From contig NC_043003.1 of the NCBI RefSeq assembly GCF_006345805.1, positions 34,100,001 to 34,164,000 on the forward strand: a stretch of 64,000 nucleotides of DNA, read 5' to 3'. The DNA comes from Octopus sinensis. Taxonomy: Eukaryota. The position numbers and the translations under genes were made by a program. A model generated the notes under the pieces. The model did not search any database and was not told the DNA's origin. It was given only the letters and a program-made list of their open reading frames with translations. Positions 25,666 to 38,085 of this stretch are shown here, piece after piece. Numbering within the stretch: position 1 is the stretch's first letter; each line of letters starts with the position of its first letter.

Positions 25666-28229
25666 AAATAATAATAATAATAATAATAATATAATAATAA
25701 TAATAATAATAGTAGTAGTAATTGTTGTGGTTGTTTTTGTTGGTATTAACTTGTTTTTATCTCGTTCAGGTTCACAGTGGTTAGAATACGCGAGAGGATT
25801 CAAATTGCTGGTGTCTTTTATTTTGTGTAATTCTTTACTGTACTTTAACTATTTTTTTTTCTCTTTGTATTCTTCAGCTGAAGATATATTGAGGCCTTTA
25901 ATTTTTTTTTTTTTTTTAATTCAGAAAAGAGAAAGGAAGAGAGAAAGAGGGGGTGGGCAGTAAAGGAAATATGCATGGTGAAAAGGAGTAGAGATCAACC
26001 AAAAGAGACAAAATACTCATAGAGATATAGAGAGAAAGATAGAGAAGGAATAAATGACAGATAAATAGTGTTTGTATCTATGGGATGAGTATGAGTCACA
26101 TATGCATATGCCGATGGAATTATTGAATTATAGCTATGGTCAAATCATTATACTAGCTTTTACTCTGACGAAAACTTGTTATTTTGTCAGAACAAAATAC
26201 AAATTATCTATAGCAGACAATGCTAGCGAAGGTTCTAAACTCTCTACTACGAGAATTAAACCCATCATTTTTATTTCTTGATATTTATGTATTTCAATGA
26301 CCGCTTTATTATTTCCTATCTATATCATTTCTCTCTGAAGAAACACATTTTTACACATCGTTCGAACTTTCACACTACATTACAAATTAGCATAATGTTT
26401 CTTTGTATTTTTCTATTGTTCTTTAATTCTTCGGCAGCGATGATTTGAAACCAAACCGCTAGATAACCGGTCATACATCACGAATAAACGACAGTAGTTT
26501 CAGGTGGTCGGTCTATTAAGGAACCAGCCAGCGTCAAGCTATTACGTAATTCAATCTTCTAGAATTTTCTCTTTGTGATCTGTAAAAAAGTCGATTTTTG
26601 GTGGTAATTGCAGAATTTTTTGGCAGTACACGTTGTGTCTCCATTCTCACCATATCTAGTCGATTAAAAGAGATGGCAGATAACAGACAGCAATTTTCAT
26701 CGGCATGGATATAGCGCAATTATTTTCTTATTGTGATGAGCCTGCCACAATTTGCTTTATCAGTAATCTTGTAAACTCCAGGCAGAATGTCTCACCCAGT
26801 AAGTAATTATTGCTTTTAGAATTTGTAAAAGACCAACGCAGTTAAAAATATATGTGCAGTCATAAAATCTGATAATTGTTCGTGGGTGTTGTCAGTTATT
26901 TCTTCACGCGACCCGAGAAATACATTTTATACATTTTCGTGCATCAATTCAACCAGTCATCATCTCAGAGCAACCAACAACAACAAAGAGCAATCTCACC
27001 GACACAATTCACTACACTTTAATTCGTTCTGTCAAAACATGAGATGATCTTTATTTAGGATTTTATATCGAATGCTGATTATTCATTCGTCAGACAGACA
27101 CACACAGAGAGACAGACAGAGAAAGAGATAATTTGCTAGATCAGAACGCCAGCTTGCAGATATTGTGTGTGTGTGGTGTGTGTGTGTGTGTGTGTGTGTA
27201 TGGCAGTTGTCGTGGTGATTGTGGTGACATTGGTGATAGTGATGCTTGAAGACAATCAACAGAAAGAGAGAAAGAGAGAGAGAGAAAGAGGTTAGATAGA
27301 AAAAAAGTATTGTACTGAACCCCGACTAGGAAGATAAACAATTTTTATCATGTAGCTTTGCAATCAGTTCCAAGTAAACAAATTATATCATTGCTACTAC
27401 AAGCAAATTTTTAATGGGTCTGTATGATGTTTTCTTCTAAACTCACAAGCATTATCAGAGAAATGAGAAAGTGAAATATTACTGTTAAGAAAACACCTTT
27501 CAAGATCAATCATTTTGGTCTACATTATGGAATGAAAAGAAGGATTTCAACCTTACTGCACAGTGATGAAATTCATCAATATCGACAATAAATTATATGC
27601 AATTGACCCAAAAAGTTTCACCATAGCTACAGACAAACTGCAAGATGGGTAAGCATATGGAAGAGACCTAATAGCGGGATATTGGTACAAGAGTGGGGGC
27701 AAGAAACCATTAATATATGTGTTTAAATGGACTGTAGAAAGTCAGATTGACACGCCAAATTGGCTTCTTATGGCACGGATGAATGTTGTACCCACGAAAC
27801 CACCGAGTCGGCAGAAAACTATAAGCGGATCATTTCAGTAAACATTATGCACACACTGTGCATATGCTACCTCAACCAATTTCTCCAGCATCAAAAATGG
27901 TTACTGATGAGCAGGCAGTTGGAAAGAAGGACTCTGGAGATGTGCTGAACAACTTTTGATTAACCAACTGTACTGTCTAAAGTTTAAAAAAAAAACACCT
28001 TAGAAGCCTTCTGACTGTAAGACTTTATTATAGTTCGTTCTTAAACTGCAGTACTGTAAGCTGTCCATGGTCGGCCTAAATGTTCAGTCGGCCTAAATAG
28101 AACACGTAGAGAGGGGTTCGGGTACTGAAAACTTTACACGTCAATCACGGCGCATAAAACCTGCATAAACTTAATTTACATTTTAATAAAACGTTATTTG
28201 ACAGAGATCGTCTATATCCGCTGGCGGAG

Positions 28230-29598
28230 CACTCGGCTTATTTCAGTGGCCAGCATACACTCTCTGTAGAAGATGCAGATCATAGCGAAAAGCTGTTGAC
28301 TGCATTTGAGATGCAAGATTTAAAGGTTAGTATCACGAGAAGTAGATCGCCTGGTTTTGATGGTGTATCCTATGTGCTTTATTTCTAGACATGTATTTCT
28401 AAAGCACCGACATCCAAGCAGAAGTCTACGGCGATTGATATCAGGACGGGAAGATAGATATTCCTAAATTTCTAAGACAGATAGTTTAGCATAGGTGAAG
28501 GAAAACGCCGACAAAGAGGACGCACTTGATAATTTAGGCCCCGTATCTCTGTTAAATGCTAAGTCTAAAATTTTGACGAAGCGGGTAGTAAAGAGATTGA
28601 GAGCATAATCAAGCGAGTGCCAACATATACGATCCCGACCCGGCCTATCCACAACCTCCACATTATGCGATACATTGTAAAGATGATAGGCGGTGAACCT
28701 GGTTTTGAAGGTGACTAGTCAACATAAATATATTAAAAGAGCTGTCGATCATGGCTATTTGGTCTCTGTCTTCACTGTAGCCAATCCCGGTTCCGGTTTC
28801 AAGGTCTGGATCACTTCAATGTAGAACGTTATCAACATGATGATCAGAATAAATGGTTACCCGTTGGAATTGTTTCCGGTCAACCTCTAAGATCGTAAAT
28901 AGTGTCGTCTCTAAATTTTTATGTATGTACTGATTCTGGAGGCACAACTGCGACAGTTGGAGACGATGAAGTGCTTCTCACTTTGCAGGCATGGAAGTGT
29001 CGTCAGCCAGGCCTGCCCGAAGTGCACCCAGAACGATGAAACCGTTCTGCACGCCATCGTCCAGTGCCGAGTATTGCTGACATGTGGGTTTATCTCGAAC
29101 ATCTGCTGTCACGTGTGGGACGGATCTGGCTATCAGCTGAATCCTTAGTGAAGATTGCTCGCCGCCCCCTTTTTTGGCCGGGATGGACAGGCAGTTTTAT
29201 TTGTCTGATGGCTGTAGCAAAAGAGGAAGTATGGTGGACTCGTCTGAAAAGGCTAAACTCAGACACTTTCCTCTTTGGCCAAGTCCTCATTAACTTTTTT
29301 AAGTTTCACTTGAAAAAGGTAGCTGAGAGTGGAGAGGGAAGTGTTGCCTTCTAGCAGGTTTGTTGAAAGGTGAATGCATGTTGGAAGAGTGGCCAGGCAC
29401 CCGTGGCTTATGTGGGCTTTTCATGAAGACCTTTATAACGCCTCCCCCTATTGGGAATTTTATTTTGTTTAATTTTTCATTGTTTTTTATTATGTTTATT
29501 CGATTCGAAATCCCATTGTATCGTCTTGTGTTGTCGTATATGTTTGTGTCATATAATTTTATGTTGTTTTATGTCAGCCCTTGTAGCTAATAAAAGAA
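28230..29598 (+). mobile_element. Decayed, internally deleted Tx1-like ORF2 and 3' UTR
   Basis: SRSPGFDGVSY, RPVSLLNAKSKIL (RT start), then CPKCTQNDETVLHAIVQC (zf-RVT); ends CAGCCCTTGTAGCTAATAAAAGAA. Confidence 0.85.
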
Positions 29599-29644
29599 TT
29601 AATTATTAATTTTGTTGCTGTTGCTTTTGTTCTTGTTTTTGTCA

Positions 29645-29830
29645 TAAGGCAGAGAACTTGCCGAAACTTTAGCATGTCGAACAAAATGCTTAATGGGTCC
29701 TTTACGGCTAGGGGGTTCTGAGTTCGAATGCCGCCGAGGTCAGTTTTGCCTTTCATCGTTTCTGGATCAGTAGTTAAATAATTAGTTGTTGGGCACTAGG
29801 ATTGGCGTGATTGACTACTTCCACCTAAGA
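29645..29830 (+). mobile_element. Decayed Meta-type SINE
   Basis: CTGAGTTCGAATGCCGCCGAGGTCAGTTTTGCCTTTCATC. Confidence 0.65.
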
Positions 29831-29903
29831 GAATTTCCCTCCATTTCCCTATAATTATTAGTGCTGTTGTCACTGTCGGTGGAGTTACCTTTAGCATCTA
29901 CAT

Positions 29904-30242
29904 TAGTGGTTCTCAACCGGGGTCCAAATGACTCCTAGGGATCAAAGTAAAACTTTTGGGCGTCTATGGAAGTAAAATAGTAAATCGGGGTTCCACAGTA
30001 GTATTTTAAGGGTCCATGAAAAAATGTCACTTCGGAGGTATTAATTCCACAAAACAGCTAGGTTTCTCTTTCAGACGTTTTTACATAGTTCAACCTAAGC
30101 AAATTTATATGTGAAAAACCAAAATAGGAATTTTTGAAAGAAGTTTCTATAAAACTAATTTTTATTCGTCGGATGGCTATGGGGGTCCACCAGAATGGAA
30201 CAGTAATAAAAGCGGTTCACAGATAATGATTGAGAACCCTTG
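29904..30242. mobile_element. hAT (Charlie-like) MITE
   Basis: TIRs TAGTGGTTCTCAAC / TTGAGAACCCTTG; 8-bp TSD ATCTACAT / ACCTACAT. Confidence 0.85.
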
Positions 30243-30489
30243 ACCTACATGATTATCAGCAGTAGCAGTAGAAGTCTCATGTTTAAGAGACAGATAAACT
30301 TATTTGTATTATTTAATTACGTTCTTTTATGTTTTAAGTACCAATCTCCTCTTTATCGGTTTTTGATGTTTTTCTTCTTTTGTTGCCGATGTAATAACTC
30401 CCTGTATAATCCTGGTGTCATTTCAATTCGAAACGATGTGGCCTTAAAGTTTGTTAGAAATTATTGTTGATATTAGTCAACCGGTGTAT

Positions 30490-30555
30490 GGTGGCGAGCT
30501 GGCAGAATTGTCAGCACGCCGGGTGTGATGCTTCGTGGTTTTTCGTCTGTGTAAG
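30490..30555 (+). mobile_element. Meta-type SINE head fragment
   Basis: GGTGGCGAGCTGGCAGAATTGTCAGCACGCCGGG. Confidence 0.7.
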
Positions 30556-30650
30556 TTGAATTTTTACATTGCCGCAAGGTTCAAGGTTGTATTTGTTTTG
30601 TGTGGTTGTTTTGGATTGTTGCTGTTTGCAGCGGTGGTGATTTTTAAGAA

Positions 30651-31964
30651 ATGGCAAGGAAGAACATGTATTCTGACCGCAGGGATTCGGATCTATTGAC
30701 TTCGGAGGAAGAACTAGCGAGAGCGGTCAACAGAATGGATATAGCGATAGAAAGAAGAAGCACTTTCGTAAGTTCAATGAAACCAACAAGTAAAGAGGTT
30801 AACCTTTCTAAGCTACCGGATGGCCAAAATTGGGTGAAGAAGGTAGGCGGTGACGTGGAATTGTCTCCGCCAAGGAAAACGATGAAGAGTTTTGAAAGAA
30901 AAACTTTAACATACAAAGTGTTTGCGAAAGAAAAATGAAAAATAGATTCAGTCAGAATGGAAACCGTGGAGGAGGCATTATGGTCAACAGGGGAGAAGGT
31001 AATATTCCTGACAAGAGGGAATTAGTATGGTGCAGTCGTTGTGCAGTTCGAGTCGGAGGAAATTACTAGGAGGATGGCTGCAAGGACTATCAAAACAGAA
31101 AAAGTATTCCTTCTGCCCTCGTATCTGGGAAGGAAGACGTCCAGGATCAGGGTGGAAGGGATCCCGCCCGATATAGAAGCTGAACGGGTAGTGGCAGCCA
31201 TTCTCATTGATAATGAGAATAAGGTGGATATACTTCAGGCCACGATTATGGATGAAGGCAACTGGATGGGAGGAGTATTAGAGATGAGTGTCCATGCAGA
31301 AACTGAAATCCTGGAACGCTTAACAGAAGTAATCACGATGGGAGACATAAGTCAACGAGTATGGGTGGAGGGCAGAGATCCTCGATGTTTTAAATGCGGC
31401 CTGAAATGCCACATAAGAGCTAACTGCCCCTCCACCAGCGAAGGAACCAACGAAGGGACCCGTAAAAAAGGTAGAAGATACCCAGGAGTCGCAAGAGGAA
31501 TAGGGAGAGGCAGAAGAGAAAAGATGGTAGATCAAGCAGAATGGGAAACCAATGGTAAAAGGAAGAAGATAAAAAGAAAGAAGACAAGTTATAATGAATC
31601 TTAACCCACCCCAGCACCACCCACACCCTCTTTGTCCCACCCTTCCTCTGCAGACACAAAACCTACCCACTCCCCGCCAACAAGAAAACAAAAAACAGAC
31701 ACACAGAACAACTTACAAAATTCCCCTCCCGTTACAGGTTTATTAGACAAGGAAGACGAGGACTTGTTGGAAGTATTGAGGGACAGGGGTTAAGTTGAAC
31801 TGCCGGATAGTTGGGATGAGGAAGGGTGTATGGAGATGTTTTTAACGGGAAAACAAGTGAAAGAACTTGAAAATGAACTGAACAATGTTTTTGTGTTAAT
31901 AAGAAAGGATATAGACTCGGGCAAGAAAAAAGAACTAGAAAAACGGTACAGGGTGAAAATATGA
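30651..31964 (+). pseudogene. Tx1/L1-type ORF1 (RRM-like region + CCHC knuckle), frameshifted
   Basis: YLGRKTSRIRVEGIPPDI..., VWVEGRDPRCFKCGLKCHIRANC (CX2CX4HX4C at 31386-31427), basic/Pro-rich linker, C-terminus ending RYRVKI* at 31964. Confidence 0.8.
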
Positions 31965-32166
31965 GACTATGTATTGTTCGGAAGACTATAAGAAGAGGGC
32001 ATAAGGAAATAGGACAGGTAAGCGATGTTATCCGATGGGTCGGGTAACATCACTTTCATCTTTCATTTTCTCCCTCTCATTTATATCATAGGCTTTTTCT
32101 TTTGGCATTTTATGTCCCCAATGTGTTGTTTTTTATCTTTATCAGCACGTTATAGGTAATAAATAA

Positions 32167-32370
32167 ATCAGAAACGTTACCACGCCGGGCGAAATTCTTA
32201 GCTGTATTTTGTCTGCCGTTACATTTTGAGTTCAAGTTCCGCCGAGGTCGACAGTGTCTTTCCTCCTTTGGGAGTCGATAAATTAAGAACCAGTTACGCA
32301 CTGGGGTCGATGTAATCAAGTAATTCCCTTTCCTAAATTTCAGTTCCTATGCCAGTCATAGAGAAGATTA
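32167..32370 (+). mobile_element. Meta-type SINE, old-type tail
   Basis: GAGTTCAAGTTCCGCCGAGGTCGAC...GGGAGTCGATAAATTAAGAACCAGTTACGCACTGGGGTCG. Confidence 0.8.
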
Positions 32371-32589
32371 TCTTGGGTGTAAGAATCTGTGTTTTTTGTT
32401 TAGATCTATAATTAAGAATGTTCCATCCATGAGCTTTCTGTATTTTTGGAGGATTTAATGCAGTGTCCTACGTTAAAAATATATATATATATAAAACAAG
32501 GTAAGAGGTATGGCTCGTGTGTGTGTGATAAGAGGGCAGTCCTAATATGTAAAAATAAAGGTAAATTTACCTTCTCGAGTTATAACGGC

Positions 32590-32745
32590 TCATAAGGGCC
32601 AGATTCCTGCTTTCATGGGGTATACATTTCTCACTTGGATGGGTCACCAAACTGTCGTAGGAATATTCATTTTTTGCTTGCTGAATGAACTGAAGCAACG
32701 CAAAATGAAGTGTTTTGCTCAAGAACACAACGCGTCGCCCGATTC
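32590..32745 (-). mobile_element. Third-family SINE, decayed
   Basis: Reverse complement of CGACGCGTTGTGTTCTTGAGCAAAACACTTCATTT. Confidence 0.7.
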
Positions 32746-33004
32746 ATGCTGTTCATATACTCCTCTAATGCACCAGTGAAGGCATGACTATCACACAGTC
32801 TTTCTTTTTTTCTTTTTAAATAGATATTTTGCAGATTCATTAAAATGCCGGAAAACAATGATATGCAATATTTGTTCTGGTGCTTTAGTCGAAAAACATC
32901 GATTTACCCCTCCTCATAAAACTCCAGGCCATGTGCTTCAATCGGAAACCTTAGCCAATCCTCAATAGTTAATAAAGAAAACATCGTCATTATCATTATT
33001 AAAG

Positions 33005-33480
33005 TTAGAGAGCCAACAAAATCGTTATAGTATTGTGGGAAATACCTTGTAGCATTTGCTCCGGTTCCTTGCATTTAGTGTTCAAATCCCTCCAAGATTG
33101 GCCTTGCTTTTCATCTATCTGGGTGTCGATAAAATAAATACCTATTTCTTTACTACCCACAAGGGGCTAAACACAGAGAGGACAAACAAGGACAGACAAA
33201 CGGATTAAGTCAATTATATCGACCTCAGTGCGTAACTGGTACTTATTTAATCGACCCCGAAAGGATGAAAGGCAAAGTCGACCTCGGCGGAATTTGAACT
33301 CAGAACGTAGCAGTAGACGAAATACCACAAAGCATTTCGCACGGCGTGCTAACGTTTCTGCCAGCTCACCGCCTTAATCGATAAAATAAATACAAGTTGA
33401 GCACTGAGGTCGATGATATCGACTGTCATCGTCCTTTGAAATTACAGGCCTTGTGCCAAAATTTGAAACCATTATCATTG
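33005..33480 (+). mobile_element. Old Meta-type SINE interrupted by a younger antisense copy
   Basis: 5' half ends GTCGATAAAATAAATAC, resumes at 33378 and ends GGCCTTGTGCCAAAATTTGAAACC. Confidence 0.7.
33142..33377 (-). mobile_element. Young Meta-type SINE (OR1-like), Tx1-like tail
   Basis: Complete copy; perfect 16-bp TSD TCGATAAAATAAATAC at 33126 and 33378. Confidence 0.92.
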
Positions 33481-35897
33481 CTGTTTTTGTTTAAGGAGGC
33501 TGTGTTGGCAGAATTGTTACCGTATCAGAGAGGAGGTTCTGCAGTGTTCGCACCGATTCCGCGCTCCGAGTTAATATCCCAAAACAGGTCAACTTTGCTT
33601 TTTGTTCCTCGGGAGTTGATATAATAAAGTAGCAAGTCAAGTAATGAAATCGATGTTATCAACTTAGGGCCTCCTTTGAAAACTGCTGGTCTTCAGCATG
33701 AATTAAAAACTATTTGTTAGGAACTATTCTCGTTGTTAGAAGCAATTATAATTACTTGCGTCTGTGTTTTTGCTTGTATTATTAATCTTTGTTCAACATC
33801 GCCGTTTTGGGAAAATTAATCCTCAAAAATATTTCAAACTGCAATCCTACCAAGAATGAAAACATAGAAGTACAAACCCAGAAGAGTTAGCCTTTAAAAT
33901 TCCATCAAGCACAATGGGGTTTCCAATATTTCGCTAGAGGCTCGACTAAACCAAGACTTCATTCAGAGCATTTTCCATGAAATATTTCTTGGTTCTGTCC
34001 TGGGAGTTTCTCATATGCATTTCAATATTTCTCTCATTTGTGCAGGTATCCTAAGGGAGATCAATAAATACGAAAGAGTTTGTGTTTACTGCGCTCTCTG
34101 TATTAACAGAAAAAAAGGTTAGTGGTATACTTTGCCTTTCTTTGTTATATTTATCCAGATTATTCCTTTTACATGTAATTATTGATGTTATCGTCAGAGA
34201 AAACATTTAAGCAAACATTGAAAGAATAAAGCAATTATACCTGTATATGCGTATATTCACTTCTACAGAGAATAACCTCTTCTTAACTTGTGAAATGAAG
34301 CAAAAATATATTTTGGCGATGTAATGTTTTTAAGGGATAAAAAATACCGTAATGCAAATACAAACAGGAATGTCAACAAAATAAAATACGCACCCACACA
34401 CATACGTGGATGTGTATCATTTATTTGTTCATATTCCTGTTTGTATTTGCTTTACGATAATTTCTGATACTTTAAAAGTACATAAGCATATAAGTATATA
34501 TGTGTATGTATATCTATTTATCCATTCCCACATACTCAGATACATATTTCATGCATGCATAAATATATGTATATGCATATCACTATACATACATATACAC
34601 ATACAAGCTTAAGTATATGCACGTATAGCTACCTATTAATGAATATATTCATATATACGTTAACGCATATTTATATGTATATATATATATATATATAATA
34701 TATATATATATATATGTTTAAACACACACACACACATACATACATATATATATATATATTATATATATATATATACATATAAATGTGTGTATATACACAC
34801 GCGCGCACACAAGCACATACATATACACGGGGAAGCTGATGACCTCCCCTATTCGAAGGTTGTAATGGACACAGGCGTGTGTGTAACATAGCTAGCTAGA
34901 GGCTATGGGATCTTGGAGTTTATCAACGGCAGCATCCGTCCTATTTTTCTGGACTGCCATGTTAGCTTGGCGATAACTATTAATACCCAGTACTGCTGCC
35001 ATAGTCTCCTTTAGAGGGATTTAGAAATTATATATATATATATATTATATATATATATATATATATATCTTCATTTAAGAATCATTATCGTAACCATGTT
35101 GCCAGCTTTAAGACAATCAATAAGAGACGCTCAACATGGTTGGCAGATTTTGTATGGCAACTGAAGGAGGATAAAACGAAATGCTAAACCATACAATATA
35201 ATTTCCGGGAGATGCCGTCTCTGCTTCCAGGAATCCCTCTCTACTCTGTGAACTAACGAGAAGATAAGTAATAGAATTTCTGAACGACTCTTGAGATGCC
35301 TACACGCATATAAATATACTTTCGCACAATGCAGTGAGAATAAATTTTGAGAAACCGTTAAATTAACGTAATTTAATTTAAGGTATGGATGACTTAAGTT
35401 TACTTTTAACCTCCCCATTCTTATAAACACAAAGTAAATAACTAACTCGCTTTGTGATCATGAGTGCACCAAACCTCACCTGTGCGTATGCTCACATCTG
35501 CTTGCATGAGCGTGTCTACTCGCAACATGCAGCTTGCCCGACGGCGTTTATACATCCATACCTGTTAACATTTATTTTTAATACTTTTCTCGCTGGATTG
35601 TGTGTTCGTTTCTCTTTTTGTCATCTGTGATTTTATTCTTGATCTTCTGTATAATGAAGACATTTCCTTCGTCTGCCTGCTTTTCTCTTCACAAAACGGA
35701 AAGTCATATTGCAGAACAGTTGTATTTATTTATTTATCATCCGACGAAATACATCTGCACCACCGGATGCTCCTGAACTAGTGGTTGAGTGTCCCACTCA
35801 AGAGGTATTGATGCTAGACCTTTCGAAACAATTGTCCTGATGAATAATAAATTCTCTCATATTCCATCTTCTGTTTTTCATTTGTTATATATATATG

Positions 35898-35931
<34 letters not shown>

Positions 35932-36042
35932 TAGGGTTATCCCATAAATAATGCAATTTTTTATTACTTCTATTATTTTTCAAAATTAAGATAAACAGTT
36001 CTGTTTTTAGTCTAAAATATACTCTCCTTCATTTTCTACAAT
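35932..36042 (-). mobile_element. Mariner 3' terminal fragment
   Basis: Minus strand IVENEGEYILD* followed by a TIR-like end ...TTATGGGATAACCC-TA. Confidence 0.65.
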
Positions 36043-36951
36043 GACTTAGCGTTTCACCAAACGAGAGCGATAGAATTCTTAGCGGTTCGTCAAACGAGAT
36101 CCATAAAATGAACTAGTGGTTCGCCAAACGAGATAGATAAAATGACTTTCAGGTTAGCTATAGGTAAACGATAAAATAACTTAGCGGTTCACCATAAATG
36201 ATCGATACTTAGTGTTTCGACAAACATTATAGACCTAGCGATTTGCCAAACGAGATAGATAAAATGACTTAGCGGTTGGCCAAACATGGTGGATAAAATG
36301 ATCTAGCGGTTCGCCAAACATAATCGATAAAGTCTTTGCGGTTCGCCAAACATGATTGATAAAATGACCTAGCGGTTCGCTAAAAATAATCGATAAAATG
36401 ACTTAGGGGTTCGACAAAAGAGATCGACAAAATGAACTAACGGTTCGCCAAATAAGATCGATAAAATGACTTAGCGATTCCATAAACAAGATCGATAAAA
36501 AGACTTAGCAGTTCGCAAAAGGAGATCGATAAAATGACTTAGCGGTTCTCCAAATATGATCGATAAAATGACAAACGTGATCGATAAAATGAAGTAGCGG
36601 TTTACTAAAGGAGATCACTAAAATGACGTAGTCGATTAAATGACTTAACGTTTCGCCAACCGTGACAATTAAATAACAGCGGTTCGCCAAACGAGATCGA
36701 TAAAATGACATAGCGGTACGCTAAATAAGATCGATAAAATGAACTAGCGGTTCGCCAAACATTATCGATAAAATGATCTAGTGGTTCGCCAAGCAAGATT
36801 GATAAAATGATATAGTGGTTCAGCAAATGAGATCGATAAAATGGGTTAGGGTTTCACCAAACTAGATCGATAAAATGACTTAACGGTTCGCCAAACGAGA
36901 TCAATAAAATGTCGTAGCGGTTCGCCAAACGAGATCAACAAAATGACCTTA
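36043..36951 (+). repeat. 34-bp minisatellite, ~28 diverged units
   Basis: Consensus GACTTAGCGGTTCGCCAAACGAGATCGATAAAAT, head-to-tail, no unique spacers, a few partial units. Confidence 0.95.
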
Positions 36952-37779
36952 TGTACTGCATAAATTGTCGAGTAAATGAGAGGCATCTTTGCCTCCACTG
37001 ATTCAGTTGCAAAGTGTTGAGTAAAGTCATTTGATTGCAGATCTCCTTTCAGTCTTTTTATTAGTCCCCACATGGTAACATTAGTTCCCACATAGTCCCC
37101 ACATGGTAACATTGATTTCAAGCCCTTCCCAGATGAGTGACTGGTTATTCAAAGACATTTATAGATTGTATATTTATTCTGTCCAGTTACGTATCAGTAT
37201 AGTGGTCATTTGCAAACTTCAACCTTATTTCTCCTTAGCCCTCACCTCACACAGTTGTTAATGTTTATTTCTGTTGGGTCACGCCCTTCCAATTGCTATA
37301 GATTCGTAATGCATCTTACGGCTGTCTGTCAGCTGGATGGGGAGGAATCCTACATTGGGAGTGGTAACGACTAAGGTACTGCAGCTGACTGCTTATTGTG
37401 ATCATTCGTCTTTTGGCTTCCTGTAGCTTTGCTCTCTTTTACAAACCCAGTGAACATAGACCCAAGTTTAAAAGATTCTCAACAATTCAACTTCTCTGGT
37501 TGACATTAAAATGCCCACCCCCAATAGGGGCGTTAACTCTCACATTTTAGAGCTCCATGACCTCCATTTTCCCGTAGCAAAACCCTTTTAACAGGTTCTA
37601 TAAGACTGGAATTTTGGAATATGCGCATAAAAATCAGTAGTATGGGATACATGTGGCACGATTACAATTTTGTTTGGGTTTGTAAAGAGGGAAATAACCC
37701 TCATCTGCACTTCTGATGAAATTCGAAACATAGGTATTCCAGTTCATTACAGAAAATATAACAGAAAAGTCTAATTCTT

Positions 37780-37820
37780 CAATTGTATGTAACTCGGGCA
37801 ACGCCGGGTAACTCTGCTAG
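37780..37820 (+). mobile_element. Helitron 3' terminus
   Basis: CTCGGGCAACGCCGGG hairpin then CTAG|T, same as the end at 63165; 5' end not located. Confidence 0.7.
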
Positions 37821-37851
37821 TATCTATCTATCTATATATATATATATATAT

Positions 37852-38085
37852 ACCTATTTCTTTACTACCCACAAGGGGCTAAACACAGAGAGGACAAACA
37901 AGGACAGACAAACGGATTAAGTCGATTATATCGACCCCAGAGCGTAACTGGTACTTATTTAATCGACCCCGAAAGGATGAAAGGCAAAGTCGACCTCGGC
38001 GGAATTTGAACTCAGAACGTAGCGGCAGACGAAATACTGCTTAGCATTTCGCCCGGCGTGCTAACGTTTCTGCCAGCTCGTCGCC
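37852..38085 (-). mobile_element. Young Meta-type SINE (OR1-like), Tx1-like tail
   Basis: Complete copy; flanking direct repeat TATATATATACCTAT. Confidence 0.92.

Noticed and set aside
36043-36951. CRISPR-like array
   Set aside because: Units are contiguous with no unique spacers, there are no cas genes, the context is eukaryotic, and the unit derives from a SINE.
37713-37729. CTGATGA...GAAAC hammerhead
   Set aside because: Only 5 nt between the core halves, so no stem II, and no GUH or stem I complement.
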